Below are positions 17,936-27,388 of a DNA stretch of 64,000 bases, piece by piece; positions within the stretch are counted from its first letter, which is position 1; each line of letters begins with the position of its first letter. A program made the translations under genes and the position numbers. Under the pieces are notes generated by a model. That model saw nothing but the letters and a program-made list of their open reading frames with translations, was not told the DNA's origin and made no database searches. The stretch comes from Berkelbacteria bacterium GW2011_GWE1_39_12 (lineage in GTDB: Bacteria; Patescibacteriota; UBA1384; UBA12157), in assembly GCA_001029735.1 (NCBI GenBank), contig CP011213.1, positions 332,288-396,287 of the forward strand, written 5' to 3'.

Positions 17936-18065
17936 TTTCCTCCTCCTTTTACCTTATTAATGTACCATAGCTAAAAACCCTCGACAAATTACTATACAGG
18001 TTTAATCTTTAAAGATCAATTATTTTCTTGCATATCTGATCTATATCAGTTATATTTTTAGCATA

Positions 18066-19232
18066 ATGAACATTCCTTACGGCAAACAATGGATCGACGA
18101 AAAAGACAAAAAAGCAGTGCTTGATGTGATTGGCAGTGAGTTAATTGCGCAAGGACCGAAAGTTGAAGAGTTCGAAAAGGAACTTTGCAAAACAACAGGC
18201 GCTAAGTATTGCGTCGTTGTTTCAAATGGCACAGCCGCCTTACATTTGGCGACTTTGGCTTTAGATATTAAGAAAGGCAGCGAAGGCATAACCACGCCCA
18301 ATACCTTTGTCGCCTCAGCAAACTGCTTAATCTACAACAACATAAAACCAGTTCTCGCTGACATTTGTCCTGATACATATAATATTGATCCGGTTGAAAT
18401 TAAAAAGAGAATTACCAGAAAAACCAAAGTCATTATCCCCGTTCATTTTGCTGGTCAAGTCGCTGACATGGAAGAGATTCAACAAATTGCAAAAAAACAT
18501 AATCTCTTTGTAATTGAAGATGCTGCCCATGCGATTGGCTCAGAATACCCTGATGGCGGAAAAGTCGGCAACTGCAAATATTCCGACATGACTACTTTTT
18601 CTTTTCACCCTGTTAAAACCATCACGACAGGAGAAGGCGGAGCTATCACGACTAACGATAATATGCTTTATAAAAAGCTCTTACTTCTTCGTTCTCATGG
18701 CATTACAAAAAATCCTAAGGAATTTAGTCAAAATCCCGGATCTTGGTTTTATGAAATGCAAAATTTAGGTTTCAACTATCGATTAACCGATATTCAAGCA
18801 GCCTTGGGTATAAGTCAGCTCAAAAAATTAGAAAAATTCATTAAATTCAGAAAAAAAATCGTTAAAAAATATAACCAAGCATTTCAAGATTTATCTTCTT
18901 TGGGAAATGTCGTCTTACCGTTTGAAAAAACGCCAAATTCCTCGGCTTTTCATCTCTATGTTTTGCAAATTGATTTTAGAAAAATAGGACAATACGGTAA
19001 ATCAAGAAAAACTGTTATGAACCAATTAGCTAAAATCGGCATCGGCACTCAAGTGCATTATATTCCGGTTCACTTCCAACCTTATTACAAAAAACATTTT
19101 CACTTTAAAGACGGGAACTTCCCGAAAGCTGAAAATTACTACGATCAATGCTTAAGTTTGCCTTTGTACCCTAAAATGACGGATAATGAAGTTAACTACG
19201 TTATAGATTCTGTTAAAAAAGTCCTGAGTTGA
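18066..19232 (+). CDS. pseC: UDP-4-amino-4,6-dideoxy-N-acetyl-L-altrosamine transaminase
   Basis: IPYGKQWID, EDAAHA, FSFHPVKTITTGEGG, LGFNYRLTDIQAALG, QVHYIPVH. Confidence 0.92.
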   Translation: MNIPYGKQWIDEKDKKAVLDVIGSELIAQGPKVEEFEKELCKTTGAKYCVVVSNGTAALHLATLALDIKKGSEGITTPNTFVASANCLIYNNIKPVLADICPDTYNIDPVEIKKRITRKTKVIIPVHFAGQVADMEEIQQIAKKHNLFVIEDAAHAIGSEYPDGGKVGNCKYSDMTTFSFHPVKTITTGEGGAITTNDNMLYKKLLLLRSHGITKNPKEFSQNPGSWFYEMQNLGFNYRLTDIQAALGISQLKKLEKFIKFRKKIVKKYNQAFQDLSSLGNVVLPFEKTPNSSAFHLYVLQIDFRKIGQYGKSRKTVMNQLAKIGIGTQVHYIPVHFQPYYKKHFHFKDGNFPKAENYYDQCLSLPLYPKMTDNEVNYVIDSVKKVLS

Positions 19233-19240
19233 GGTGAATT

Positions 19241-20344
19241 ATGGCTCTTTGGAAAAAAAATGTCGCGCTCTTAATCGTCGTTATTTTGATTGTCTTGGGT
19301 GCTCTCGAAAGAAAAAATATTTATAAAATATTTCGCAAGGAAAAGGTGAAAAGCTCAATTCCTATGGATCATTCTTCTGTTACTGAAATAAAAAATATCG
19401 GTCGGCCGATCTCTATAACTAAAGATAAAGACGGCAATTTTTATACCTGTGATTTTAGCGGTCATAATGTAAAAATTCTGGATTCTAACTTTTCACTTAT
19501 CAAGCAAATCGGCAAAGATGTCAAAGGAAGTAATCCTGGCGAATTTAATGTGCCTCACGCCGTCGATTTCGACGCTGCCGGCAATTTTTATGTTACAGAT
19601 TATGCTAACAAAAGAATCCAAAAATTTTCACCAAGTGGTGAGTTTTTATCGATAATTAATTTCGAAAGAGCCCTTGCGGGCCCAGCGACAGCTTATTTTG
19701 ATAAAAATTATAATCTTTATATTTCCGATTTTGATTCCAATAGCTTAATTAAATCAACGAAAGATGGAAAACTTCTTGGTTGGATTGGAGCTAAAATTGA
19801 CGGAACACTGACAGATGGATGGGAACTAAGTGGATCGCCAGCACAGTCAGCGGAACCGGGAGGATTTTATAAATTGCACTCAGCAAAATTTAGTGATGAT
19901 GGGATAATGTACGTAATCGATTCACATAACAACCGAGTCCAAAGATTTTCTGAGGATGGGAAATTTATGGGTTGGATTGGAGCCAAAGAAGATGGCTTGC
20001 TGACAAACGGTTGGGAGATGACAGGAAAAGCAATCTCTACTGACGTACCTGGCGGATTTAATATCCCTGTTGCCATGGATTTTATTAATGGCGAAGAAAT
20101 TGCTATCTTAGAATATGGCAATCCCAGAATCCAAAAATTCTCTAAAGACGGTAAATTCCTTGGCTGGTACGGCGGCACGCAAGATAGTAAAGTAACAGAC
20201 GGTTGGCAAATCACCGGCTTACCAAGAGAAGGCACGGATGTTGGTGCATTTAAAAACGCTTATGATCTTAAAGTCTATGGCAATAAAGTATATGTCGCTG
20301 ACACCGGAAACTACAGACTACAAATTATCGATTTTCACCCATAA
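19241..20344 (+). CDS. Membrane-anchored NHL-repeat beta-propeller protein
   Basis: N-terminal TM; repeats like FNVPHAV...YVTDYANKRIQKF and three GWxG...DGW inserts. Confidence 0.82.
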   Translation: MALWKKNVALLIVVILIVLGALERKNIYKIFRKEKVKSSIPMDHSSVTEIKNIGRPISITKDKDGNFYTCDFSGHNVKILDSNFSLIKQIGKDVKGSNPGEFNVPHAVDFDAAGNFYVTDYANKRIQKFSPSGEFLSIINFERALAGPATAYFDKNYNLYISDFDSNSLIKSTKDGKLLGWIGAKIDGTLTDGWELSGSPAQSAEPGGFYKLHSAKFSDDGIMYVIDSHNNRVQRFSEDGKFMGWIGAKEDGLLTNGWEMTGKAISTDVPGGFNIPVAMDFINGEEIAILEYGNPRIQKFSKDGKFLGWYGGTQDSKVTDGWQITGLPREGTDVGAFKNAYDLKVYGNKVYVADTGNYRLQIIDFHP

Positions 20345-20350
20345 ATATTT

Positions 20351-21079
20351 ATGAACCAATCTTTTGAAAAAATAATATTCGATCGAGCTTTAAACAGACA
20401 CCCTGAATTTTGGTCGGAGAAAAAAGAAGACCTAACCAAGACTATCACTGAGATAATCGATGAAATATCTGGCTTTGAAGCTGTTGATTTTGATTCGATT
20501 TCTAAGGATGAAGCAGAAAACATTCTGGCGATTTGGTGTATTTCTGGTTCAGGGTCTTTGACGTCCGATTTTATTGATTCGCCATCGGATGATAAATACA
20601 AAGATAAGAAATGGTACGGCGGAACCGATCGCATCAGACTACGGTTTTCTGAAAAAATATTTTTAGCTATCGATAAGAAAAAAAGCAGAAACCTTTTTCT
20701 GATTTACAATGGCATACCAGAGCAGGTCGTAACATTACTCCAAGAAGCTGGGAAAAGCTTTACAGTGTTAAAACAACAGATATACGTTCCAGACGGAGAA
20801 ATTGTAAAAACTCTGGACCAGGTAGAAAAATTTAGTCTTCCGCCGGCGTTAAAGAAAAAAAGTGGCGATCTTGTAATTGTTTCTCATGCCGCTCACTTAA
20901 GCCGTATTTTGCGGTTTATGAAAAAACATGAAAAGCTGTTCGAAGGCTTAACCATAAGACCTTTGGCCGCAAGGGTTGACAATTCATCTGATTTTGTTGA
21001 AGCAGAACTTTCTGGTATATTGGATTACGTAGCAACTGGACAAGCGTCAGATAAACCAATCGATTTTGAGAGCTTTTAA
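20351..21079 (+). CDS. Hypothetical protein, possible DUF218/YdcF-like fold
   Basis: IVSHAAHLSRI resembles the VTSxxHxxR motif of DUF218. Confidence 0.45.
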   Translation: MNQSFEKIIFDRALNRHPEFWSEKKEDLTKTITEIIDEISGFEAVDFDSISKDEAENILAIWCISGSGSLTSDFIDSPSDDKYKDKKWYGGTDRIRLRFSEKIFLAIDKKKSRNLFLIYNGIPEQVVTLLQEAGKSFTVLKQQIYVPDGEIVKTLDQVEKFSLPPALKKKSGDLVIVSHAAHLSRILRFMKKHEKLFEGLTIRPLAARVDNSSDFVEAELSGILDYVATGQASDKPIDFESF

Positions 21080-21081
21080 AT

Positions 21082-21783
21082 ATGAAACAAAAAAACTTGG
21101 CTATAATTCCGGCAAGAGGTGGAAGTAAGAGGATTCCAAAGAAAAATATCAAGAAATTCTTTGGTAAACCAATTATTGAATATTCAATTGAAGCTGCTTT
21201 GAAATCTGGGAAATTCAGTGAAGTAATGGTTTCAACCGATGATCCAAAAATAGCCAGAATTGCCAAGAAAGCCGGTGCTTCTGTCCCTTTTTTAAGAAGC
21301 ACATCGACAGCCCAAGACAAAACCCCAATTTCTCATGCCGTGGTTGAAGTCTTAAATGAATATGCTAAGCAGGGTAAAGAATTCGACAACTTTTGCTGCC
21401 TTTTTGCCACAGCACCCTTAGTTTCAGTTGAAGACATTAAAAAAGCGATGCAAATTTTATCGAAAGAAAAGAAAACAAGTTCAGTATTCACCGTGGTTAA
21501 ATACGATTATCCAATTCAAAGGTCTTTCAAAATTAAAAACGGCTGGCTAAAAATGCTTTGGCGAAGACATATAAGCACCCGTTCCCAAGATTTAGAACCG
21601 ATTTACCACGACGCCGGCCAATTCTACTGTCTGAAAACCAAAAGATTCTTGAAAGAAAAGCAATTTTTCTCTAAGAAAAGCCAAGCTCTGGTTCTGCCAG
21701 AAACAAGAGTCCAAGATATCGATACTCTGGAAGATTGGGAAATCGCCGAAATTAAATTCAAAATGTTAAAGAAAAAGAAATAA
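21082..21783 (+). CDS. pseF: Pseudaminic acid cytidylyltransferase
   Basis: IIPARGGSKRIPKKNIK, RSQDLEPIYHDAGQFY, VQDIDTLEDW. Confidence 0.92.
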   Translation: MKQKNLAIIPARGGSKRIPKKNIKKFFGKPIIEYSIEAALKSGKFSEVMVSTDDPKIARIAKKAGASVPFLRSTSTAQDKTPISHAVVEVLNEYAKQGKEFDNFCCLFATAPLVSVEDIKKAMQILSKEKKTSSVFTVVKYDYPIQRSFKIKNGWLKMLWRRHISTRSQDLEPIYHDAGQFYCLKTKRFLKEKQFFSKKSQALVLPETRVQDIDTLEDWEIAEIKFKMLKKKK

Positions 21784-21794
21784 TAAGGAGTTAC

Positions 21795-22940
21795 ATGAAG
21801 TATTGCAAAAGATGCGTCATGCCTGACACAAAACCCGATTTGTTTATTGATAAAACTGGCGTTTGCAATGCTTGCCGCAGCTTTGAAAAAAGAAAAAAAA
21901 CAAACTGGGACAAAAGAAAAAAAGAACTCCTCAAAGTAGTAGAAAAATATCGCTCTAAAAACAGCAGTAATTGGGATTGTATTGTTCCAGTTAGCGGTGG
22001 CAAAGACAGTACCTTTCAGGTTTACAAAATGCTTCAACTTGGTCTAAATCCTCTCTGTGTTACTGCCACCACCTGCCATTTAACCGAAATCGGCCGAAAA
22101 AACATCGAAAACCTAAAGAATTTAGGTGTGGATTATATCGAGTTTTCGCCAAACCCTGTTATTCGCCGAAAATTAAACCGTATTGGATTGACTCAGGTTG
22201 GCGATATCTCCTGGCCTGAACATGTTGGTATTTTCACTATTCCGGTTAGAGCCGCCGTTCAATACAATATTCCTTTGATCGTCTGGGGCGAAAATTCTCA
22301 AAATGAATATGGCGGGCCGGCAACCGACAGTGAAAATAATGTCTTAACCAGAAGTTGGCTGGAAGAATTCGGGGGACTTCTAGGTCTCCGGGTTTCAGAT
22401 TTAGTGGGCCTTGAAGAAATCGAAAAAAAGCATTTGATCCCTTATACCTATCCAACTGATGCAGAGCTAAAAAAAATCGGGGTAACGGGTATATTTTTAG
22501 GCTACTACGTTCCTTGGGACGGATATTCAAATGTCTTGATTTCTCAAGCAGTCGGCTTTAATTCGTTTCCAAAACGTATCGAAGGATCATTTGTTAATTA
22601 TGAAAATATCGACAATTATCAAGTTGGCATTCATGATTATTTTAAATTTTTGAAGTTTGGCTTTGGCCGAGCGTCAGACCTTGCTTCATTGCATGTCCGC
22701 CGAGGACGCATTAGTCGAGAAGATGCTGTTTCTATTGTTAGAGAAGTTGACGGAAAATTCCCTTGGACATACATGGATAAACCTATCGAAGATGTTTTAA
22801 AGCCTTTAGATATTTCGGTAGAAGAATTCATCAAGATTTGCGATAAATTCACCAATAGAAAAATATTTAAAACAGACTCCAGGGGTGATTTGATCAAAGA
22901 CAAAAACGGTAATTTAACTAAAATCTTTCCTTTAGAATAG
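21795..22940 (+). CDS. N-acetyl sugar amidotransferase (PseA/WbuX family)
   Basis: CKRCVMPDT, CNAC, VSGGKDS PP-loop, WGEN, HDYFKFLKFGFGR. Confidence 0.92.
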   Translation: MKYCKRCVMPDTKPDLFIDKTGVCNACRSFEKRKKTNWDKRKKELLKVVEKYRSKNSSNWDCIVPVSGGKDSTFQVYKMLQLGLNPLCVTATTCHLTEIGRKNIENLKNLGVDYIEFSPNPVIRRKLNRIGLTQVGDISWPEHVGIFTIPVRAAVQYNIPLIVWGENSQNEYGGPATDSENNVLTRSWLEEFGGLLGLRVSDLVGLEEIEKKHLIPYTYPTDAELKKIGVTGIFLGYYVPWDGYSNVLISQAVGFNSFPKRIEGSFVNYENIDNYQVGIHDYFKFLKFGFGRASDLASLHVRRGRISREDAVSIVREVDGKFPWTYMDKPIEDVLKPLDISVEEFIKICDKFTNRKIFKTDSRGDLIKDKNGNLTKIFPLE

Positions 22941-22946
22941 GATAAA

Positions 22947-23564
22947 ATGAACGTCGCGATTATTGATTATGGCATGAGTAATTTAGGATCCATAAACAAC
23001 GCCTTGATTGAATGTGGCGGCGAGAACGTTTCCATCATTTCTAATCCGGAAGATTTTAAAAATGCCACTCATATTATTTTACCAGGTGTCGGTTCGTTCA
23101 AAGACGGCATGACTAATCTAAAAGACCTATGTTGGATAAAACCGCTCAGAAAAACCGTAATTGAAGATAAAGTCCCACTGTTAGGCATTTGTCTTGGAAT
23201 GCAGCTCCTTGCCGATAAAGGATTTGAGGGTGGTGAAATTGATGGATTGGGTTTAATCCATGGTACTGTCGAAAAATTAAAACCAGTCGATAACAAGGAA
23301 AAGATTCCTCATGTTGGCTGGAATGAAATTTATAGTAAAACAAAAAGTCCAATACTTGAGAACATCCCTGATGGGACCGATTATTATTTTGTTCACAGTT
23401 ACCATTTTATTCCAAGAAGTGTAAAGAACATTTTAACCACCACCCCATATTGCGGCAATTTCGTTTCAAGCGTTATCTCGGATAATATTTTTGGCACTCA
23501 ATTCCATCCGGAAAAAAGTCAGAGACCAGGCTTTCAATTATTAAAAAATTTCTTAAACCTGTAA
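22947..23564 (+). CDS. HisH-like glutamine amidotransferase (WbuY-like)
   Basis: IDYGMSN, PGVGSF, GICLGMQ, YFVHSY, QFHPEKS. Confidence 0.9.
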   Translation: MNVAIIDYGMSNLGSINNALIECGGENVSIISNPEDFKNATHIILPGVGSFKDGMTNLKDLCWIKPLRKTVIEDKVPLLGICLGMQLLADKGFEGGEIDGLGLIHGTVEKLKPVDNKEKIPHVGWNEIYSKTKSPILENIPDGTDYYFVHSYHFIPRSVKNILTTTPYCGNFVSSVISDNIFGTQFHPEKSQRPGFQLLKNFLNL

Positions 23565-23594
23565 TTCCGAAAATTCTACTGAATTTATAAAAAC

Positions 23595-24365
23595 ATGTTA
23601 AAAGTAAGAGTAATACCAACTTTATTATGGAAAGACGTCGGCCTGGTCAAAGGCATTGGTTTTGATAGTTGGCGAAGAGTCGGTAGTTTACTTCCGGCCA
23701 TCAGAGTTTACAATACTCGCCAAGTGGACGAGCTAATTTTAGTTGATATTACGGCAACCGCCGATAATCATAAATTGGATCTTGAGACGATTAGCGAAAT
23801 GTCTTGCGAATGCTTCGTCCCTTTCACCGTCGGCGGCGGAATTAAAAAAGTTGATGATATCAAACAGCTTCTCCGAGCTGGCGCAGATAAAGTTGCAATT
23901 AACAGCGCCGCCTATGATGATCCGACGATTATTACTGAAGGCGCTAAATTATTCGGCTCGCAATGTATTGTAGCCAGCATCGATGCTAAAAAGAATAAAG
24001 ACGGAAAATATATCTGTTATAGTCATGCCGGTAAAAAGAAAAGAAATATCGAAGTAAGTGTTTGGGCTAAGAAACTGGAAGAATTAGGTGCCGGCGAAAT
24101 ATTGATCACTTCAATTGAAAAAGACGGCACTATGGACGGCTATGATATCAACCTGATTAAAGCTGTTACAAACGTCGTTTCAATTCCAGTAATTGCTTCT
24201 GGTGGAGCCGGATCTTATGAAGATCTATACCAAGCTATTTCTAAAGGCAAAGCATCTGCCGTCGCTGCCGCCAGTATCTTTCATTACACTGAACAAACGC
24301 CAATGGAAGCTAAGGGATACTTGCATAGCAAAAAAATTCCAGTACGCATTAACAGGATTTCATAG
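23595..24365 (+). CDS. HisF-like cyclase-family subunit (WbuZ-like)
   Basis: VDELILVDI, TVGGGI, AGADKV, GAGEILITSI, IASGGAG. Confidence 0.9.
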   Translation: MLKVRVIPTLLWKDVGLVKGIGFDSWRRVGSLLPAIRVYNTRQVDELILVDITATADNHKLDLETISEMSCECFVPFTVGGGIKKVDDIKQLLRAGADKVAINSAAYDDPTIITEGAKLFGSQCIVASIDAKKNKDGKYICYSHAGKKKRNIEVSVWAKKLEELGAGEILITSIEKDGTMDGYDINLIKAVTNVVSIPVIASGGAGSYEDLYQAISKGKASAVAAASIFHYTEQTPMEAKGYLHSKKIPVRINRIS

Positions 24366-24393
24366 TTATTTTCTTAATGTTAAAGAAGGCAAA

Positions 24394-24855
24394 ATGCCAT
24401 TAAAAGTTTTTAAAGCTAATAAAGACGATCTTGTCGATCTTTTTAATTTAGCCAATGATCCATTAGTTCGAAAAAATTCTTTCAATAAGAAAGAAATAAC
24501 AATGGCCGAACACAAGCACTGGTTTGGCAATCAAATAGATAGTAACAATTCTTTAATTTTGATTGCTAAAAAAGACGGTAAGTTTGTCGGTGTCGTTAAA
24601 TTCAAGCTCGAAGACGAAAATATAATTGGTATCAGCATCGCCAAATATTTCAGGGGTAAAGGGTTAAGTAATTCAGTCCTTACCGAAGCCATAGAATATC
24701 TCAAAAAAGATAGGCCTGAGATAAAAATAATTACCGCATTGATTAAAGAAGAAAATATCGCGTCAGTTAAAACCTTTGAGAAGTCAGGGTTTAAGTTTGA
24801 TCAAAAGATAAAAGTAAACGAATCCCCGTCTTTAAAATATATTTACGAGATTTAA
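24394..24855 (+). CDS. GNAT N-acetyltransferase (PseH-like)
   Basis: NDPLVRKNSF...EHKHWF, FRGKGL, ENIASVKTFEKSGF; adjacent to pseI. Confidence 0.78.
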   Translation: MPLKVFKANKDDLVDLFNLANDPLVRKNSFNKKEITMAEHKHWFGNQIDSNNSLILIAKKDGKFVGVVKFKLEDENIIGISIAKYFRGKGLSNSVLTEAIEYLKKDRPEIKIITALIKEENIASVKTFEKSGFKFDQKIKVNESPSLKYIYEI

Positions 24856-24858
24856 TAA

Positions 24859-25917
24859 ATGTCATCAAAAGAAATAAAATTTAAAATTGGTAAACATAAT
24901 ATTGGTAAAAATGAACCTGTTTTTGTTATTGCCGAACTATCTGCTAACCATGGCCACAAGTTTAGCATTGCGGCTAAAACCATCAAGGCCATGAAAAAAG
25001 CTGGCGCCGACGCGGTCAAGCTTCAGACCTATACTCCAGACACCATCACAATCGACTCAGACAACGCTTGCTTTAAGATCAAGCAAGGAACCATCTGGGA
25101 CGGCAAAAATCTCCACAAGCTTTACCAGGAGGCCTACATGCCTTGGGATTGGCAGCCTAAGCTGAAAAAGATCGCCGAAGATTTAGGTATGATCTGTTTT
25201 TCATCGCCTTTCGACAATACTGCCGTGAACTTCTTGGAAAAAATGAAGGTTCCAGCCTATAAAATTGCTTCTTTTGAAATTACTGATATTCCATTGATTG
25301 AATATGTCGCCAAAAAAAATAAACCGATCATCATTTCAACCGGCGTGGCTGAACTTGCGGACATCAAAGAAGCAGTTGCCGCTTGTAAAAGAATGGGTAA
25401 CCATAAAATTGCTTTACTAAAGTGCACTTCTTCTTATCCGGCTTCTTACGAAGAGATGAATTTAAATACAATTCCTGATATGCAGAAGAAATTCAAGACA
25501 ATCGCTGGTCTTTCAGATCATAGTTTAAACATCGAGATTCCTGTAGCAGCCGTGGCTTGTGGCGCCAAAATAATTGAAAAACATTTTATACTAGACAAAA
25601 AAATCGGCGGGCCGGATGTCGCCTTTTCCCTTGAGCCAAATGAATTTAAAGCCATGGTTCAAAATATCAGAAACACAGAGAAAGCCTTGGGTCAACCAAC
25701 CTATGTTTTATCTGGAGCTTCAAAAAAGAACCGTGAATTTTCGAGGTCTCTCTTTGCTGTCGAAGACATTGGCAAAAATGAAAAATTTACCGAGAAAAAC
25801 ATTCGCTCAATTAGGCCCGGATTCGGTTTGCCCCCAAAATATTTAAAAGTAATTTTGAACAAATTAGCCAAAAAAAACATTAAAAGAGGGACACCGTTAG
25901 ACAAGGAAATGTTCTAA
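24859..25917 (+). CDS. pseI: Pseudaminic acid synthase
   Basis: IAELSANH, KLQTYTPDT, KIASFEITD, LKCTSSYP, GLSDH, IEKHF, C-terminal SAF domain. Confidence 0.93.
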   Translation: MSSKEIKFKIGKHNIGKNEPVFVIAELSANHGHKFSIAAKTIKAMKKAGADAVKLQTYTPDTITIDSDNACFKIKQGTIWDGKNLHKLYQEAYMPWDWQPKLKKIAEDLGMICFSSPFDNTAVNFLEKMKVPAYKIASFEITDIPLIEYVAKKNKPIIISTGVAELADIKEAVAACKRMGNHKIALLKCTSSYPASYEEMNLNTIPDMQKKFKTIAGLSDHSLNIEIPVAAVACGAKIIEKHFILDKKIGGPDVAFSLEPNEFKAMVQNIRNTEKALGQPTYVLSGASKKNREFSRSLFAVEDIGKNEKFTEKNIRSIRPGFGLPPKYLKVILNKLAKKNIKRGTPLDKEMF

Positions 25918-25918
25918 A

Positions 25919-27388
25919 ATGAATATTATAATTAACGGATTTCTAGATAGAAGAACCAATCATATAGCCCAAAAGGTACTTTCATCGATCAATGTTGAAA
26001 CTTTCATTTTCACATATAATTACTTCAAACCCAATTTTGGTCGCCTTAACTCAAAGGCAATACTGATTAATTGGCGAAAAATAAACTTCATGGGCAACTA
26101 TGACATTGACTTCAATAAGCTCGAACCGTTGGATGAAGATCTAGTTGACGCCATGAGAAAATATGAATCCATATTCATGAGAATGGCAGATAGATTGGAA
26201 ACCTTCAAAAATTATTCTTACCGTGAAAGAAAAAGTCTCTATTTAAAACATCTTCGATATTGGAATGACACCATTGAGAAGAAAAAAATCGATCTCTTTC
26301 TTTCACAAAACGTTCCCCATGAAACTTCGGATTTCGTTTGTTACTGCCTGTGTAAGCTAAAAAACATCCCGACAATTATTCTTTGTCAAACGCACATTCC
26401 GGACACTTGTTTGATTTTTGATGACTGGGAAAACACTGATTATGGACTAGTTGATGAATTTAAAAAACTAAAAACAAAACTATCGCGGATCAAAATTGAC
26501 AGAATCAATCTTTCCCCGCGATTTGAAAAGTATTATTTATTACAGACTGACAAAAGCAAAAATATTACTCCCTTTTATATGAAAAAGAACTCCTTAATTA
26601 AGGTTGGTACAAAGAAAATTCAAGCAATTTGTAGAAAATTAAAAGAAAACCCGACTGTCTATTTCCATGAGGGCGGGTTGATTTGCAGATCTTTGGCCCG
26701 TCGATCTATCGATAAGATAATGACCAAGATTTTAATGAATTTTTATGAAAAAAACTGCACGGAATTCAAACCTAAAAGCAAATATATTTTCGTCGCTCTG
26801 CACGTGCAACCTGAAATGTCCACTTCTCCCCGAGCGGATGTCTATGTTAATCAGATTATGATCGTTCAGTTGCTGGCCGCCTGTGCGCCAAAAGATGTAA
26901 AAATCTTCGTAAAGGAACACCCGAATCAAAGAGCTTTGGGTCGAACAAAAGAGTTTTATCAAGACATTTTAAGCCTCAAAAATGTCAGCTTGATTAGCCG
27001 AAAAGTTGATTCTAAGGATTTAGTAAAGAATAGCTTAGCGGTCGCCACCTGTGTCGGTTTAGTCGGGTTTGAAAGCTTATTCCAAAACAAACCGGTCTTA
27101 ATGTTTGGCCACGACTTTTACCAATATGCCCCCGGCGTTTTCTCAATTAGAACCAAGTCAGATCTAGAAAATGCGGTTAAACAAATAAACAAGGGGTCAA
27201 CTTTCAAACCCAAGGATTTCAAAATTTTTCTTAAGGCCATGGACAATATTAGCATCAATGGAACAACCGATTCCGACTATCTGCCGACCTCCAGCCTCAC
27301 AATAAAAGAAAACACTCTCAATATCGCTCAAGCAATTATCAAAAAAAATAGAAAAATTTCAGAAAAAAAATGCTTAAACATTATCTAA
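25919..27388 (+). CDS. Capsule polysaccharide synthesis family (KpsS/LipB-like) putative glycosyltransferase
   Basis: FVALHVQPEMS, VKEHP, GLVGFESLFQNKPVLMFG. Confidence 0.75.
   Translation: MNIIINGFLDRRTNHIAQKVLSSINVETFIFTYNYFKPNFGRLNSKAILINWRKINFMGNYDIDFNKLEPLDEDLVDAMRKYESIFMRMADRLETFKNYSYRERKSLYLKHLRYWNDTIEKKKIDLFLSQNVPHETSDFVCYCLCKLKNIPTIILCQTHIPDTCLIFDDWENTDYGLVDEFKKLKTKLSRIKIDRINLSPRFEKYYLLQTDKSKNITPFYMKKNSLIKVGTKKIQAICRKLKENPTVYFHEGGLICRSLARRSIDKIMTKILMNFYEKNCTEFKPKSKYIFVALHVQPEMSTSPRADVYVNQIMIVQLLAACAPKDVKIFVKEHPNQRALGRTKEFYQDILSLKNVSLISRKVDSKDLVKNSLAVATCVGLVGFESLFQNKPVLMFGHDFYQYAPGVFSIRTKSDLENAVKQINKGSTFKPKDFKIFLKAMDNISINGTTDSDYLPTSSLTIKENTLNIAQAIIKKNRKISEKKCLNII

Noticed and set aside
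22947-24365. Histidine biosynthesis hisH/hisF
   Set aside because: Adjacent to an N-acetyl sugar amidotransferase in a glycan cluster with no other his genes; fits WbuY/WbuZ-type paralogs
24193-24393. N-terminal extension of the GNAT ORF
   Set aside because: Overlaps the HisF-like gene; ATG 24394 gives a normal GNAT length
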